A stretch of 64,000 bases of DNA, from contig NW_026250403.1 of NCBI RefSeq assembly GCF_024521635.1, positions 2,604,001-2,668,000 on the forward strand, written 5' to 3'. Source of the DNA: Tricharina praecox (Eukaryota). Both the position numbers and the translations under genes were made by a program. The notes under the pieces are model-generated. The model was not told where the DNA came from. It did not search any database and saw only the letters and a list, made by a program, of their open reading frames with translations. Below, piece after piece: positions 23,516 through 36,300 of this stretch (positions are counted from its first letter, which is position 1; each line of letters begins with the position of its first letter).

Positions 23516-25219
23516 TCATGTCGCAGCAGAGCGCTTGAAGATGCAGCTGATCATCGACCTCAAGCCGAATCGTCTCCGTTTTTCCGACTTCTCCTTGCCC
23601 AAGCCAACTGGAGATCCGGATCTCGACGAGTTGGCTTCGCGGGCCCGCGTATACTCGGATGGCGGAGTTGAGTGTCGATTCCGACCAGGGAAGCTCCTGG
23701 TCCCGCATCCGGCGCTGGGAGAGGGTGGTGTGGCGGGAGGTGGAACACTGATGGGACGTGCTGGGCGTGGCTCCGGAGGGATCAGCCTTACGGATGGCTG
23801 GGACTGTTCCGGAACCGGTGCGGGAATGCTAGGAGTTGCACTTCTTCCGAACGGCCGGGATAGTCTGTTGATGTTTAGGGGGTTAACGAAGGAGACGGGG
23901 CTTCCGACCGATTTTGCCCGCTGGGGCACCTCCGTCGATTGCGTGTCTCTGCTGCCGCTGGTAGTCGCTTGGTGGGCCAGATAGGTCCCTCGTCGATGTA
24001 TTCTCCTCGCCGACTCTTCTGCAGCGGCCGTGCTTACGGTGGCGGAAGAGGAAACCGATCTCGTGGTCCGAAACGTTGAAACCGTAGGCGATGAGGGTAA
24101 GGCAAGTTCTTCCGTGCGGTTACCACTGGCGCCAACCGACGCCAAACCCTCTCGAAGGGCAATCCATGTTCCCGTCACAACGATAAGTTCCCTCAATTGA
24201 TCCGAGATCTCGCCATATTGCGCCGAGTGGATAGTATCGTCGCTGGACATATCCACATCGATGACCGACGCAGGAGGCGTGTTGGGCGGTGAATTTGGCG
24301 ATGAAGTTATGCCAGGCCCTGGAAATCTGTCCAGAACGTCGATACCTTGCCGGCTCACCCAAGCCAGGATGGGCTTCTTCCGAGTGACATTGTCCAGTAT
24401 GCTGAACTGAAACCTTCGCTGATCCTCCGGCTCAGGTGTTGCGCCGGCCATGCGTTGCTGTATGGACTGGCTCGACCTCCTTCGCGAAGTGGGCGGCTTC
24501 GGCAACCACTTTGCGACCTTTGTTATTCCGTTGGCCTCGCGTGCCACGAACTCATATCCTCCAGATGCCAGCGGGCTCGCCTCCCAGACGAGGCCATCAT
24601 CGAACCGAATCATCGTCGTCCTGATCCCCTTCCCATCATCACCGGGTGTCCTCCGATATCCCTGCGAGACCGATGCCACCATCCTCCTCGAATTCAGATC
24701 GTTCTCGTCGTCACTGTCCCCCTGGACGTTTTCCGACGCATACTGCTCACTCTCAACGAATGCTATATCCTGCTGCCCGGCCCCATGCAGCATGTGTCCT
24801 ACCCTCTTCAATTTCGAACCAAAAACCGACGACGGCAGCACATCCAGGGTCGGTAGCGGGCGGGTGGTGTTGGATACCTTCTGGAGCTGCACGATCAACG
24901 TACGTTCAGCCCTCGAGCAGTGACGGTGTATCGCATGAGAGCCCGGTGGCGGCAGCGCCAGATAATAGCTCGTCTTTGTCCGCGGGGGTTTCTTCTGTTG
25001 TGGTGGAGGTGGTGACAGGGGAGTAGCGACAATCTCCTCCAGGACGGTGGAAACGGAGGAGGCCATGCTCGAGACTTGCCGCATCGGATCGGGCGACGCC
25101 GTGTCTTTTGTAGTTCGGTATCGGCTCATCAAAGCTGTGGGTGAGAACTCATGGCCATGGGCTGCGGCGGCATCTGCGGTGAATAGAGTCAGGAATGACA
25201 TTTCACCCTGCAGCCGCAT
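23516..25219 (-). CDS. Conserved fungal hypothetical protein (S/P-rich, interrupted globular core)
   Basis: 567-aa uninterrupted ORF with protein-like blocks TKTSYYLALPPP, LIVQLQKV..RPLPTLDVLP, WEASPLASGGYEF, FQFSILD and LRELIVVTGTWIALREG. True start could be 25219 or the second Met (MSFLT). Confidence 0.8.
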   Translation of the reverse strand: MRLQGEMSFLTLFTADAAAAHGHEFSPTALMSRYRTTKDTASPDPMRQVSSMASSVSTVLEEIVATPLSPPPPQQKKPPRTKTSYYLALPPPGSHAIHRHCSRAERTLIVQLQKVSNTTRPLPTLDVLPSSVFGSKLKRVGHMLHGAGQQDIAFVESEQYASENVQGDSDDENDLNSRRMVASVSQGYRRTPGDDGKGIRTTMIRFDDGLVWEASPLASGGYEFVAREANGITKVAKWLPKPPTSRRRSSQSIQQRMAGATPEPEDQRRFQFSILDNVTRKKPILAWVSRQGIDVLDRFPGPGITSSPNSPPNTPPASVIDVDMSSDDTIHSAQYGEISDQLRELIVVTGTWIALREGLASVGASGNRTEELALPSSPTVSTFRTTRSVSSSATVSTAAAEESARRIHRRGTYLAHQATTSGSRDTQSTEVPQRAKSVGSPVSFVNPLNINRLSRPFGRSATPSIPAPVPEQSQPSVRLIPPEPRPARPISVPPPATPPSPSAGCGTRSFPGRNRHSTPPSEYTRAREANSSRSGSPVGLGKEKSEKRRRFGLRSMISCIFKRSAAT

Positions 25220-25364
25220 CGAGTATAAAGAGGAATCCGCGATTGTTGGCGGGGATATTGAATTCTGGCCCCTCTGCCCAGTTTACACCCGATCGGATTG
25301 TTTGGATTGGCCGGATAGCAGTCGGGAGCGATGACGGATGGTGCAGAAGCGCAGCTGAGCTGGT

Positions 25365-25441
25365 GTAGTAGTAGTAGTGGTGGTGGTGGTGGTGGTGGTA
25401 GTGGTGGTGGTGGTAGTGGTGGTGGTAGCAGTGGTAGCAGT
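25365..25441. repeat. (GTA)n/(GGT)n trinucleotide microsatellite
   Basis: Directly visible gtagtagtagtagtggtggtggt... tract upstream of the minus-strand hypothetical gene. Confidence 0.9.
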
Positions 25442-28400
25442 GTATATGTTTCCGGGGCGGTGGGTCAGGGTGGGATATATGGGGGGGTGGGTGGGATGTA
25501 CCGGCGTAGGAGGGATGGGTTTGGTAATTGTACGTGGAGGTGGAGGGGGGGAGGGTAGGGGGGGGGGGTGGTAGTCTAGTAGCAGGGCTGACAGCAGATG
25601 TGCGGCGGCCGAGTGTGAGTAGGTAAGGAACGTAAGTATTGGATGGATGGAAGCCTATTGGATACGAGTATGGAGGCAGTGTTATTTGTTGTTGTTATTG
25701 AGAGTTTCGAGATTGTACTAAGTACTAGTGCCAGGGCGTCTACATATATACGGCGAATTTTCGGTGTGGGCTGTGGGGGGCGAATTGCGACTGGTCGAGC
25801 ACGGGCGTTGGGGTGCAGTAGAGTACGGGTACGGGTACATGAGCATTAAATCGAGCAGCGATCCATGTCGGAGCGCCGGAGGGTCGGAGGCGGATGGTCG
25901 GAGGAGGAGGAGGAGAAGGACGAGGAAGAAGAAGAGGAGGAGGAGGAAAGCGAGTGGTGTGTGGTGTCCAGTAGTTCCGTGGTCATAGGCCGGGACCTTG
26001 GGAGGCCGGGACCTTTGGATGCCTGGCGCCGGTAGGCTGAATCGTGTGTCCGCATGGCACTTGGTGCAGAAATGGGCAATGTGCTTCCTATGAGGTGTAG
26101 TTGTTCGCCTCGGACGCTCTCGATAGGTCCTGTTCGGGAGTTGGGGTTGCTTGCTGACGACCAAAAAAAGGCCCTGCCATGCGAGACTGTGAAGAACTCA
26201 ACATCGGCATTGACTATCGAGGCCAAGGGGAGCAGGGGTGCGGCGGGAGGGAGACGCTGGAGACATGGAGGTGAGGGCGCATGTAGAGTATGTATGTGCG
26301 ATGTACACATGGTGTTGTATGGCGTTGTATGGCTGAAGAACTTCTAGCCCGCACGCTGAACTCCATGCTGCAGCTCTAGCTGATTGGTTGGTTGGTGCCC
26401 TCAAGCGATGGAAGGCGGATTGAGAGACATGGGAGCTGAAGCCCGCATCTGCACGGCCACGGTCCAGGGATACCTAAGAAGAGTTGGTGGAGATGGGTAC
26501 TACTCTATACTATCGGAGGCTGTGGTGGGACATCGCCAGTCACGAGTTTGGGGTCCCGTCTGCCCGTCTACTGCGACACGGCACTCTATAGGTACATACG
26601 GTTGCGACTGCTCGCGAGTGTGCATGCTCGAATACCGTACCTACATATGTGCGGAGGACCGAATCGCTGCCACTTGGGCCTCCACCGCCAGCTGGAGAAG
26701 AATGCCCGACCAGCACGCGGCCCCGGAATAGAATCGAATAGGATGTGTGTCTCGACTAGTATGGCGGCTGGCCAGGCCAGAGATACCTATTACCATAAAC
26801 AAAAAAGCCCCCATCCGGGGCCATAGAACACCCGGCTTCCGGTCCAGAAGACAGCTCGTGTGGAGGCGCCCCCTCGATCCTTAACTAGAGCATGAATCTA
26901 CGGCAGCCCAGCTTACCGGCCGTCCGCTGGCAGCTCAGCTCGGGACCGGCGCTAGCAATGGCGATGATGAATGGGCAGGCAGGGCAATTGGTTAGTGAGA
27001 TACCGTAGTCAGTTATCTAGCGATATGAGCCTTTGTGCCCCAAGTACCCTTCTCAGACTCAGCACTTGGGGGGGGACGCTGCTGTTTCGAACCAGGCCCC
27101 AGTGCCCAGTCGTGTCTGCAGGACCACGCGCGCCAACTGCACTTGCGGAGCCGTCTCGCTCCTCCTCCTCCTCTGCGCGTCAATAATAATAAAAAAAATA
27201 GAAATAGAAAATAAAAAAGCAAAAGCCCGACGGCCGGGAAGGGGAATCAGTCAGGCCGAAGGAAGCGACCGCCCTTCCTCAATCCCCCGATATCCATCCA
27301 GGCAACAGAAAATACTTCACCGTTGCAGAGAAGTATTATCATAGTAGGTACCAGTACTTTGCTATGCCCCCGAAGCCCCGCGTGGCCACGAGCAGGTGGG
27401 TGAATCAGAGTACCCTGGCCTGGCCTTGAAGAAAAGCAAAAGACCATGATGAAACCCCAAACGTCAATGCGCCGCCGGACACTCGGGATCCTCCGATTCC
27501 GATCGCGCAAAAAAACCCCCCCTTCCCCTCCATCCATCCCCCATCCACCCATCCACCATGCATGGCGGGGAGGGAGGGAGGGATTGAAAGCAGAAAAAAA
27601 AAAGAAAGGAAAAAAAAAGTCTGTGGACGTGCGCGCTCGCTCGCCTCGGATCTTGGTCGTTCCGGCGCCCGACCACACTCACACTTACCTGACGGACTGA
27701 CGGACTGACTGATTGACTGACGGACTAACCGCACGCGGAGTTTTTTTTCCTCCCTTCCACGTCGTCGGAGTCGGAGTCCCCGTCCCGTTGCAAGTGAATT
27801 CCGCGCCCGCGCCGGCTCCGAGGTACACGAGCAGTTGCAGTTGCATGCTCCGTTGGCGGGACGTCTGCTAGACGATTACCGGTGATAGGTACCTATGGTA
27901 CTTGCCTAGTCGCTCTATATACGGCTTCGCGTGTTGGAACTTGGTGACTCCGAGTCTCCATCTTTTCTCCTCCACTGCTAGTGATCTACTAGTAGAATGC
28001 TCTACCTATGTACACCACGGTTACATATCGTAATCCCTCGTCGCGATCACGACAACTGCTCCGTAATCGGGTGAAGAGGTAAGCTGTCGATGACTACATA
28101 CAGTCTACGGTAAACCCCGCTCCCGGGCTCTTTTGGATCTTTTGGATATGTAACTGCTAGTGCATAGCTTCCTGACGATCTCGAAGCAGCCGGGGACCCT
28201 TTCACATGGAATCGTGGAATCATGGACTGTGAGCAACCGGTATTACATACCGGTACATGCCGGTAGTCCCATGGACATCATGGACATCATGATTCATACC
28301 CAGGTAGATCGGAAGACCACTGACTGCCTATCACCTACATATCACGCACATTCGGACTCTGCCAATGAGATAATGAGACTCCCGGAGCAATGATCTTTTC

Positions 28401-30615
28401 GTTGTTTACCTACCTGCTCGTCAGCACCGAGTCGCTGGCAACCTGCCGGTCAATCGTCAGCAAAACAAGGAGCAGTGGACTGGAGCACCATAATTCCGAG
28501 AATAGGCCGCTTACCTGGGTTACTTGCGTGTGGAGGAGTAGGTAGTCGACTCGAGGTCCTTCCAGGAATTTCCATTCTCACGATGGCCTTTGCAGGTTCC
28601 ATTTACAACCTATCAAGCTTGAATCATCTAATCAACAATGACCCGTCATGCCCCCACATCTCAGCCCTCCGTTCTCGGTTGCAGGTGGCATGTTCCGTCC
28701 CTACAGACAGCTCGAGGACGGTCAGGTAAGAGCTTATGCTTCCAATAAACCCGATATCTCCAGTGTCTTCTCCGGGAAAGACAAACATCGCTTCCAATCC
28801 TCTGTCCCATTTACAACCTACACATCAAGCTGGATTCTAGAAGCAATGATATCCAACCGTGGGAATTTCCGTACATACCTCCTATGTCATTGCAACTGCC
28901 AACCACCTTCCCCTCTAGCCACGAGGACAATTTACAACATCTCTGAGTAGATAACTCTCCGATCGCCGATAACAATGAGCCCACCCCTTCTCCCTTCCAC
29001 CTTCAAGAGTCAACACACACTTTGCCCAACGCCTAGCCATATAACAGCAAAACCGCCGAAAAAGGCCCATGTTATCCACCGGATGACACACTTGCCCTGG
29101 TGGCTCCGACGAGTGCTGATTCGAAGCTCGGCGCCGGTACAAAACCGCATATCGTACGACCGGACATGGCGGACTTGACGGAGCCCGAACTTCCGTACCA
29201 CAACACGGGGGCATCGGACGTGGGCCAGCGTCGACTACCTACATACGGTACATACTTATTCCGAGTGTAAGCTTCATACATACATACTATACACATAATC
29301 GAGAGACAGGGAGCTCATACATACACGAAGGCTGGCTGGTATCATCGGAACCTATGGATCGATAGTACGCTACAAAGCGAGTGACATCTTCTGCACAGGA
29401 ATAGCACCATTCACATTCCCATAGGCCATTCCCGTACAAATCTGCACGGTGACGGTAAATACAGCCTTGCAGCGCCCAAGGGAGCTGTCGGGATTCACAT
29501 CTGACAATAGCTACTATATACCCACATAACTTCTCCAACAAGTTACAACTTACAACCCAGTCAGCGAGCCAGAAAATGACACGGACATGGAAATCCCCCC
29601 CTTATTTGACCCGTAGGCTGCCGGATTGGTTTGCTCCTGGCCTGTAGATATGTAGGTACATATGTACCTGCCAGCACTCTACATACAATGTGCGAATGAT
29701 ATGTACATATCGTACACGCGCAAGGCAAGGCAACAGTAGAGGTGGAGGTGGAGTCAGTAGCCCATGATCAAAAGTTCCAAACTGGACCGTCGAAGCGTCG
29801 GCACCGGCGTTGGGAATCCGCCGGTCGGTCGGTCGGTCGATGCCTTTCTACGGAACTTTCCACATGTGTCAGTGTCATCTTCTGATCTGCTCTGGGCCAG
29901 GCGAATGGTAGGTAGGTTAGGTATGTAGTCATAATGTCACATACTTGGGTGGTATACAGACCAGCACACAGCACACAGCTCTGCTGCCACGGATGGTGGA
30001 TCGGTCATTTGCTGTTTCTGCTGTTTCTTCAGGTGTGATATGTTTATTCTTGACACATACCGTATATACGTAACTGGCAAATCATCCGCCTGGATAGCTA
30101 GCAGGGGCAACATGGAAGCTGACGAATGACCCCCACCGAAGAAGCTTCCGACTCAATGCGGATGATCCTCGCGTCTTTACCTAGCCCATGGAAGCTCGGA
30201 TGCTTGTATTCCCGCCCGCTGCTGCTGCTGCTGCACAAATCCTGTGCATGCAAATCTGCCATACATATTTCATTTAGAGTAAACACTTGCCCGCAGGAAA
30301 CATCTGCCTAGGTAGATAGACTCTGGACTCTGGACTCTAGAGATCCCCATACATCTTGCACATACCCATCCCACCCCACCCCCTCCACCCCCGGTATGTA
30401 ATCTTACGCCCAGCGTCCCAACTCGACCTCGTGGCCGCGAATATGTACAGGTATACCTAGCACCTAGCACCTAGCACCGTAAACCCCATCCAGCGGCCTG
30501 GAAACAGCTGTCCTTTCCTTTCCTTTCCTTTCCTTTCCGGTGCAAACCGTGCATTCGGCTTTCTCCAGTTCCGAGCTCTCGCCTCCAGGTTAGTTAATCC
30601 ATATGCAATGCACGC

Positions 30616-31347
30616 CTACTCTATCTGATCCATCCGGAGCAGCGTCCTCAGCCGTTCCGGCAACGGATACGGGCGTTCCTCAGGGACCAAGCGTTCGGCG
30701 TCCGCCGTGCGGCCCTGATCAAGGAGCGCCTTGATCTCACTCGCTCGGTCGGTCACATCATTTACAGGGTCAGCTAGTCACATATAAGTTTCCGGGGCCG
30801 GGGCCGGATATCCCCCGAGTCCGGTTCGGTCCGCACCTCGATCCTTAGGATCATATCCTGGATCCACTCCGCACACACGCCTCTGCCAATACCGATCTGC
30901 ACGCTCCTCCAGGGCAACCTCCTCAGCTCCACATCCCTCTCGGGATCCCACTGCACCATTACCGCTTGCTCGCGCTGCTGATCACTCAACCGTGCCTGGC
31001 TATAAGCCCACACACGCGCGCTCCAGCAAGCCCTCGAACTCCGCGCGCCCCATAGTGATCGCCAGGATCCGCGCTTGCCGCAAGTCCTTGAGCCCGTACC
31101 AGCTCCGGTACATCATCCAGTTCCAGCTCGGCTTGATCCAGGTCATGCGCGAGAGCGAGAAGTCGGGTGAGGCGGCGAGGGATTGCGTTGAAACTGCGGC
31201 AACCGCGATGGAAGCGGAGTACGCTTGGTACACCGTTATTGTGCTGCGTGTGTATTGGGCGCGGATTTGGCGGTATGGTGGGGTGGAGGTAGGGGATGAA
31301 TCATCGTCGAAGCCGGCGGCGCTGAAGGTGGGCGCTGGTGAAGGCAT
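30616..31347 (-). pseudogene. DUF4291-family gene, disrupted by a frameshift and a lost splice acceptor
   Basis: RQIRAQY..TITVYQAYSASIA..RMTWIKPSWNWMMYRS stops at TAG 31002-31000. The family sequence continues in the +1 frame (VMVQWDPERD..LPWRSVQIGI..ILRIE) and, after an intron-like segment, DVTDRASEIK..LVPEERPYPLP..LRMDQIE*. The expected acceptor at 30762-30760 reads AAT, not AG. Confidence 0.75.
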
Positions 31348-31963
31348 TTGTTCTCAGAGAGGGATTAACGGTCGTATTTCGATTACGGAAACCTTTAACC
31401 CCCACGAGTGAAGAAGCTGAAGAATGCAGACTACATGGAACTACATGGGACTTTTATATCCATGTTGCACCACTCCGGGTAGGTACTTGCGGAGGCAACT
31501 ACTTGGGTACTTCGTGGTACACAGGTCGGTACTTCGCGTCGTCTCGTGGTGACTGGTGATGAGTTTCTCGCTCCGCCCCCCACCGCCGCAGGCCCCAACA
31601 CCCCCAATGCCGCCCACACTCCACCCTCAGTACTCTACTCTCGTTAGCTTCGCGTGCGCAGTGTCACCCCATGCCGTCCCGCTTAGCTGGAAACCACAAG
31701 GCACCCCAGGCGACTGCGCCTCATTAGGGACGACTCAGCCTCAATGATCTTCGTTTCCAAGAACGTGGTTGTGGCGGCTTGTGTGACCGTAGAAGTGCAG
31801 GGGTGGAAGGGGGGGTCCCTGCACAGTGGCACAGTGCACGTCTCTGGGAACTGCGTGAGCTGTCAGAGCTCTCGAATACGAACCATCACCACCTGCTACA
31901 TACTTGGTTATTCAACACGCGCACCCGTCACTGCCACCACCACCATCACCACCACCATCACCC

Positions 31964-32642
31964 ATGGCCCCCAGATCGCGCCTCGCCGAAGCGGCGCTGC
32001 CCAAGCCGCCAACGATTCTCTCCTCGACGCTGGTGATATCGGAGCACTGCGCGATGGTCGGGACGCACCCCGTCAAGATCGGCAACCACACTGTGATCCA
32101 CCCCCGGTGCCGTCTGAACTCGACACTCGGGCCGATCACGATAGGCGACTATTGCATTCTCAACGAGCGCACGCAGATCACGCCGAGCGATTCCACCGGC
32201 ATCACGATCGACGACCACGTCGTCGTCGAGACGAATGCCGTCGTCGAGGCGAGGTCCCTCGGTGAGGGCTGTACGGTCGAGGTCGGCGCGAAGATCGGGA
32301 AGAGAGCGGTCGTCGGGAAGGTATGCTTGTCCTTACTTCCTTCCTTCCTTCCTTGCTTGCTTCTGTACAACGGTGGGACGGGTGCGGGGGGATGTGGCAT
32401 GTGCGAACTGGGTGGGTGGGGGGGATGGCTGACAAGGTATGCAACTGTAGAACTGTAAATTCACGCCGCTGACGGTGATTGCCGATGACGAACTGGTGGA
32501 AGATGATACGGTTGTGTGGGGGTTCGGCGCGCGGAGGAAGGATATGAGTGGAAGCAAGGAGGCGCGGTTGAAATCAGTCGAGAAGCAGGTTGAGGCGCTG
32601 AGGGGAGTTGTGGCCAGCAATCGCACCAAATTCCTGTCCTGA
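31964..32642 (+). CDS. DCTN6: Dynactin subunit p27 (trimeric LpxA-like left-handed beta helix)
   Basis: Two exons (intron 32321..32450). Hexapeptide repeats VKIGNHTVIHPRCRLNSTLGPITIGDYCILNER..VVVETNAVVEARSLGEGCTVEVGAKIG/NCKFTPL..DDTVVWG. Confidence 0.8.
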
Positions 32643-33300
32643 GAAACCGAGCCATGGAGACTTGCTGTGTCAATAGTAGGTCCGAGAGCCAGACACCGCC
32701 CCCGCTAAAGAGAGGAGACGCGTTCTCGGCCCATCTTCACACACCGGCTGGATGCATTATGGGAGTGACATTGTATGATCCGGGTTTGCCAAGCCATGCA
32801 ATGACGAATCAGCACACGCAAGGTGCCTCCGTTTTTGGCTGCACGTCAATCAAAGCTAAACTCCCACAGATCTTTGTCCGTAACTAACTAAAATACAGAA
32901 CACTATGGCTCAACCATGGACCGCAGCTCCCTAGTACTGCGGTTCTTCTTCTCCTTCATCAGCTTTTCTTAGACAAACGTTCTTGTGTTGTTGTTCTCTC
33001 ATCATACCACATTCTACCTTGACGTCCACGTCCCTTGTTTCTACGCCGTTCGTTCCTCTGTCGCCCTGTTGTGATAGCTCAAGAAAATCGCATGTGCTAC
33101 TATCCGCCATCTACACCTCACAACGACCACCTCCACCACCACCACCACCGTGAACTAAAACCCTTGTCTTCGGCATCAGATCACACACAATACGTACCAC
33201 GCGCACGCATCAACGGGGAGCCCAGACGATACCCGACACTTTGATACCACGCTCGAACCGGACGTGTGTCTTGCCCGTACGCTTTACCGATCACATCTAA

Positions 33301-36300
33301 ATGTCCTACGCGCGCGCGGCTTCACCCTCGCGTTCGGACGTCTCCTCCGATCTTGACCTCGATCTCGAAGAGCTCGATCCCACGTCGTCGTCCGGCACGT
33401 TTCGCCGCTCAATCCTCGGGTCGAACCACAGAAGCTCCTTTTCGTCGCATCGACGGGGGCGCAGCAGCGAAGACGGTGGTGCCGGCGGCGGTGGCGGCGG
33501 TGGCGGCGGCGGCAGCAAGGTCAAGAGTCCCAGTAGGATAGCGCTACGAAACCTGGCGATGGGATACGGCGGGAGAGGGCGGCGCGGGGATGCTGCGCAG
33601 GCCGAGGAGGATGAGGAAGCTCTGTTGGGCAGGCGGCGGAGTAGTGTTGCCGACCACGATGATGATGATGGTCGCGGGGAGATGCCCTTACTGCAGCGGA
33701 TGACGTCGCGCATGTCGATTCGGAACGGTGCCTCATCGCCATCGCCATCGATACATCCCGACTTTACGCCTTCGACCGAGACCCGGACCGTAGTCCTGGG
33801 CGGGGGAGCTGCTCCGGCGCCCGCCAGTGGGAAAAAACCGCCGTCCTACCCCCCAAATATTATTTCGAACCACCGGTACACAGCTTTTACGTTCCTGCCG
33901 CTCACGCTGTATCACGAGTTCAGCTTCTTCTTCAATCTTTACTTCTTGTTGGTCGCGCTCAGTCAGATCATTCCCGCGTTGCGGATAGGGTTTTTGAGCA
34001 CGTATATCGTGCCGCTGGTTTTTGTGTTGGCCATCACTCTGGGGAAGGAGGCACATGACGATGTTGCCAGACGGAGAAGAGATAAGGAGGCGAATAGCGA
34101 GCCGTATGAGGTGTTGGCCCTGGGCGCTGAAGACAGCAGCCCAGTAGGCAGGATACGCGGACTGGGCAAGAGAAAAACGGCGTCGTTGTTGTCGTCGTCG
34201 TCGTCGTCGGCACGAGCGGAGGGTAATTCACTGCGCTCCGATGAACGGGAAAACATGAGAACAGTGATAAAGAAGAGTCGCGATCTCAAGGTGGGCGATA
34301 TTTTGGTGCTCAAGAAGGATCAACGTGTTCCTGCGGATGTGGTAATATTGAAGTCATTATCGAACGAGGTAGAGACCGCCGACGACCCTGTGCCCCAAGA
34401 CAGTGATGCTGCCGGGGAGGCTTTTATTCGGACCGACCAGCTCGACGGGGAGACAGATTGGAAGCTTAGAGTCGCCCCTCCACTCTCCCATGGACTACCC
34501 ACCGCGAAATTTGAGACTCTACGGATCACTGCCTCGGCGCCATCGAGAGAGGTCAACAGCTTCGTGGGCACTCTTGAGTATCCTGGATCCGGCCTCACCG
34601 CGGAAGGGTCCGGGAGTACTGCACAATACCAGAAATCTGCGTCCGTTGGACTGTCCATTGATAATACTGCGTGGGCAAACACTGTGCTTGCCAGTAACTC
34701 GGCCACGCTGGCGGCTGTCATTTACACGGGCCCGGAAACCCGTGCAGCGCTGTCGACATCGAAAGGACGGAGCAAGAGTGGACTTTTGGAGAAGGAAATC
34801 AATAACCTAACCAAGATCTTATGTATTCTCACCTTTACTCTATCCATCGTGTTGGTCGCCCTCGAAGGCCTCAAGAATCACCCCAATAACCCCGGCGTCA
34901 AGAATCCCGAACAGCCCGGAGAGGTTGTCAGTGGACCTTGGTACATCAAAATCATGCGGTTTCTCATCCTGTTCTCCACCATCATTCCCATCTCCCTCCG
35001 TGTTAATCTGGACATGGGGAAGAGCGCGTATGCCTGGTTCATCGAGAAGGACAAGGACATTGAGGGAACGGTCGTGCGGACGTCGACCATCCCCGAGGAG
35101 CTCGGCCGGGTCGAATACCTGCTCAGCGACAAAACCGGAACCCTGACGCAGAATGACATGGAGCTGAAAAAGGTGCACGTTGGAACCGTCAGCTATGCCG
35201 GCGAGGCCATGGACGAAGTTGCGGAATTCGTGCGCCAGGGCTTCTCCCAGACAACGGCGGAAACATCGCTCGTCACTCCCTCGACCAGTGCTGCTCCGCA
35301 TGCCAGTGGCACGCGCACGCGCAGGGAGATTGGGTCCCGCGTCAGAGATGTTGTGCTCGCGTTGGCGCTGTGCCATAATGTTACGCCGACCACCGCTACG
35401 GAGGAGGGTCAGACCGAGGCGGTTACGACATACCAAGCGTCGAGTCCCGATGAGATTGCTATCGTGAGCTGGACCGAGAGCGTGGGATTGCGGCTCGTCC
35501 ATCGCGATAGAACGGGAATGAAACTGGTCAGCGCTGATACCGGAGAGGTCGTTGTTCGTGTCAAGATTTTGGAAGTGTTTCCTTTCACCAGTGAAGGGAA
35601 GCGGATGGGCATCGTCGTCCAGTTCCTCGGGGGAAAAAGTAGTGAGAAGAAGAAGGAGCAGGAGCAGGATCTTCTCGGCGATCATATCGAAGAGGATGGA
35701 GCTTCGTCAGACGAGGATTCCGGCGACATCTGGTTCTTCCAGAAGGGTGCGGATACCATCATGAGCTCCATTGTGGCTAGCAATGACTGGCTGGATGAGG
35801 AGTGCGGAAACATGGCCAGGGAAGGACTGCGAACGCTCGTCATCGGACGGAAGCGGTTGAGTGCACACCGCTACCAGGAATTCTCGGCAAAGTACAAGGC
35901 TGCCTCTCTGCTCCTCCAGAACAGGGACAAGGAGATGGAGAAAGTCGTTCAGGAATACTTGGAACACGATCTGGAATTACTGGGAGTCACCGGAGTCGAG
36001 GATAAACTGCAGAAGGATGTCAAACCTAGCTTGGAACTCCTACGAAATGCGGGTATCAAGATCTGGATGTTGACGGGAGACAAAGTCGAAACCGCGCGGT
36101 GTGTCGCCGTTAGCGCAAAGTTGGTTGCGAGGGGGCAGTACATTCATACCATCGCCAAACGTGCGTCTCGTTCCCCCATCTATCCCGTGTCGAAGGACTC
36201 TGCTAAGCCCGGTGAAAAGTGAAACGGAAAGATCTCGCGTACGATGCGTTGGAATTCCTACGCAACAAGACGGACTGCTGCCTCCTCATCGACGGAGAAT

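Noticed and set aside
27683..27691. ACTTACCTG resembling the U1 snRNA 5' end
   Set aside because: The downstream sequence has no U1 stem-loops or Sm site. It is simply the complement of a splice donor.
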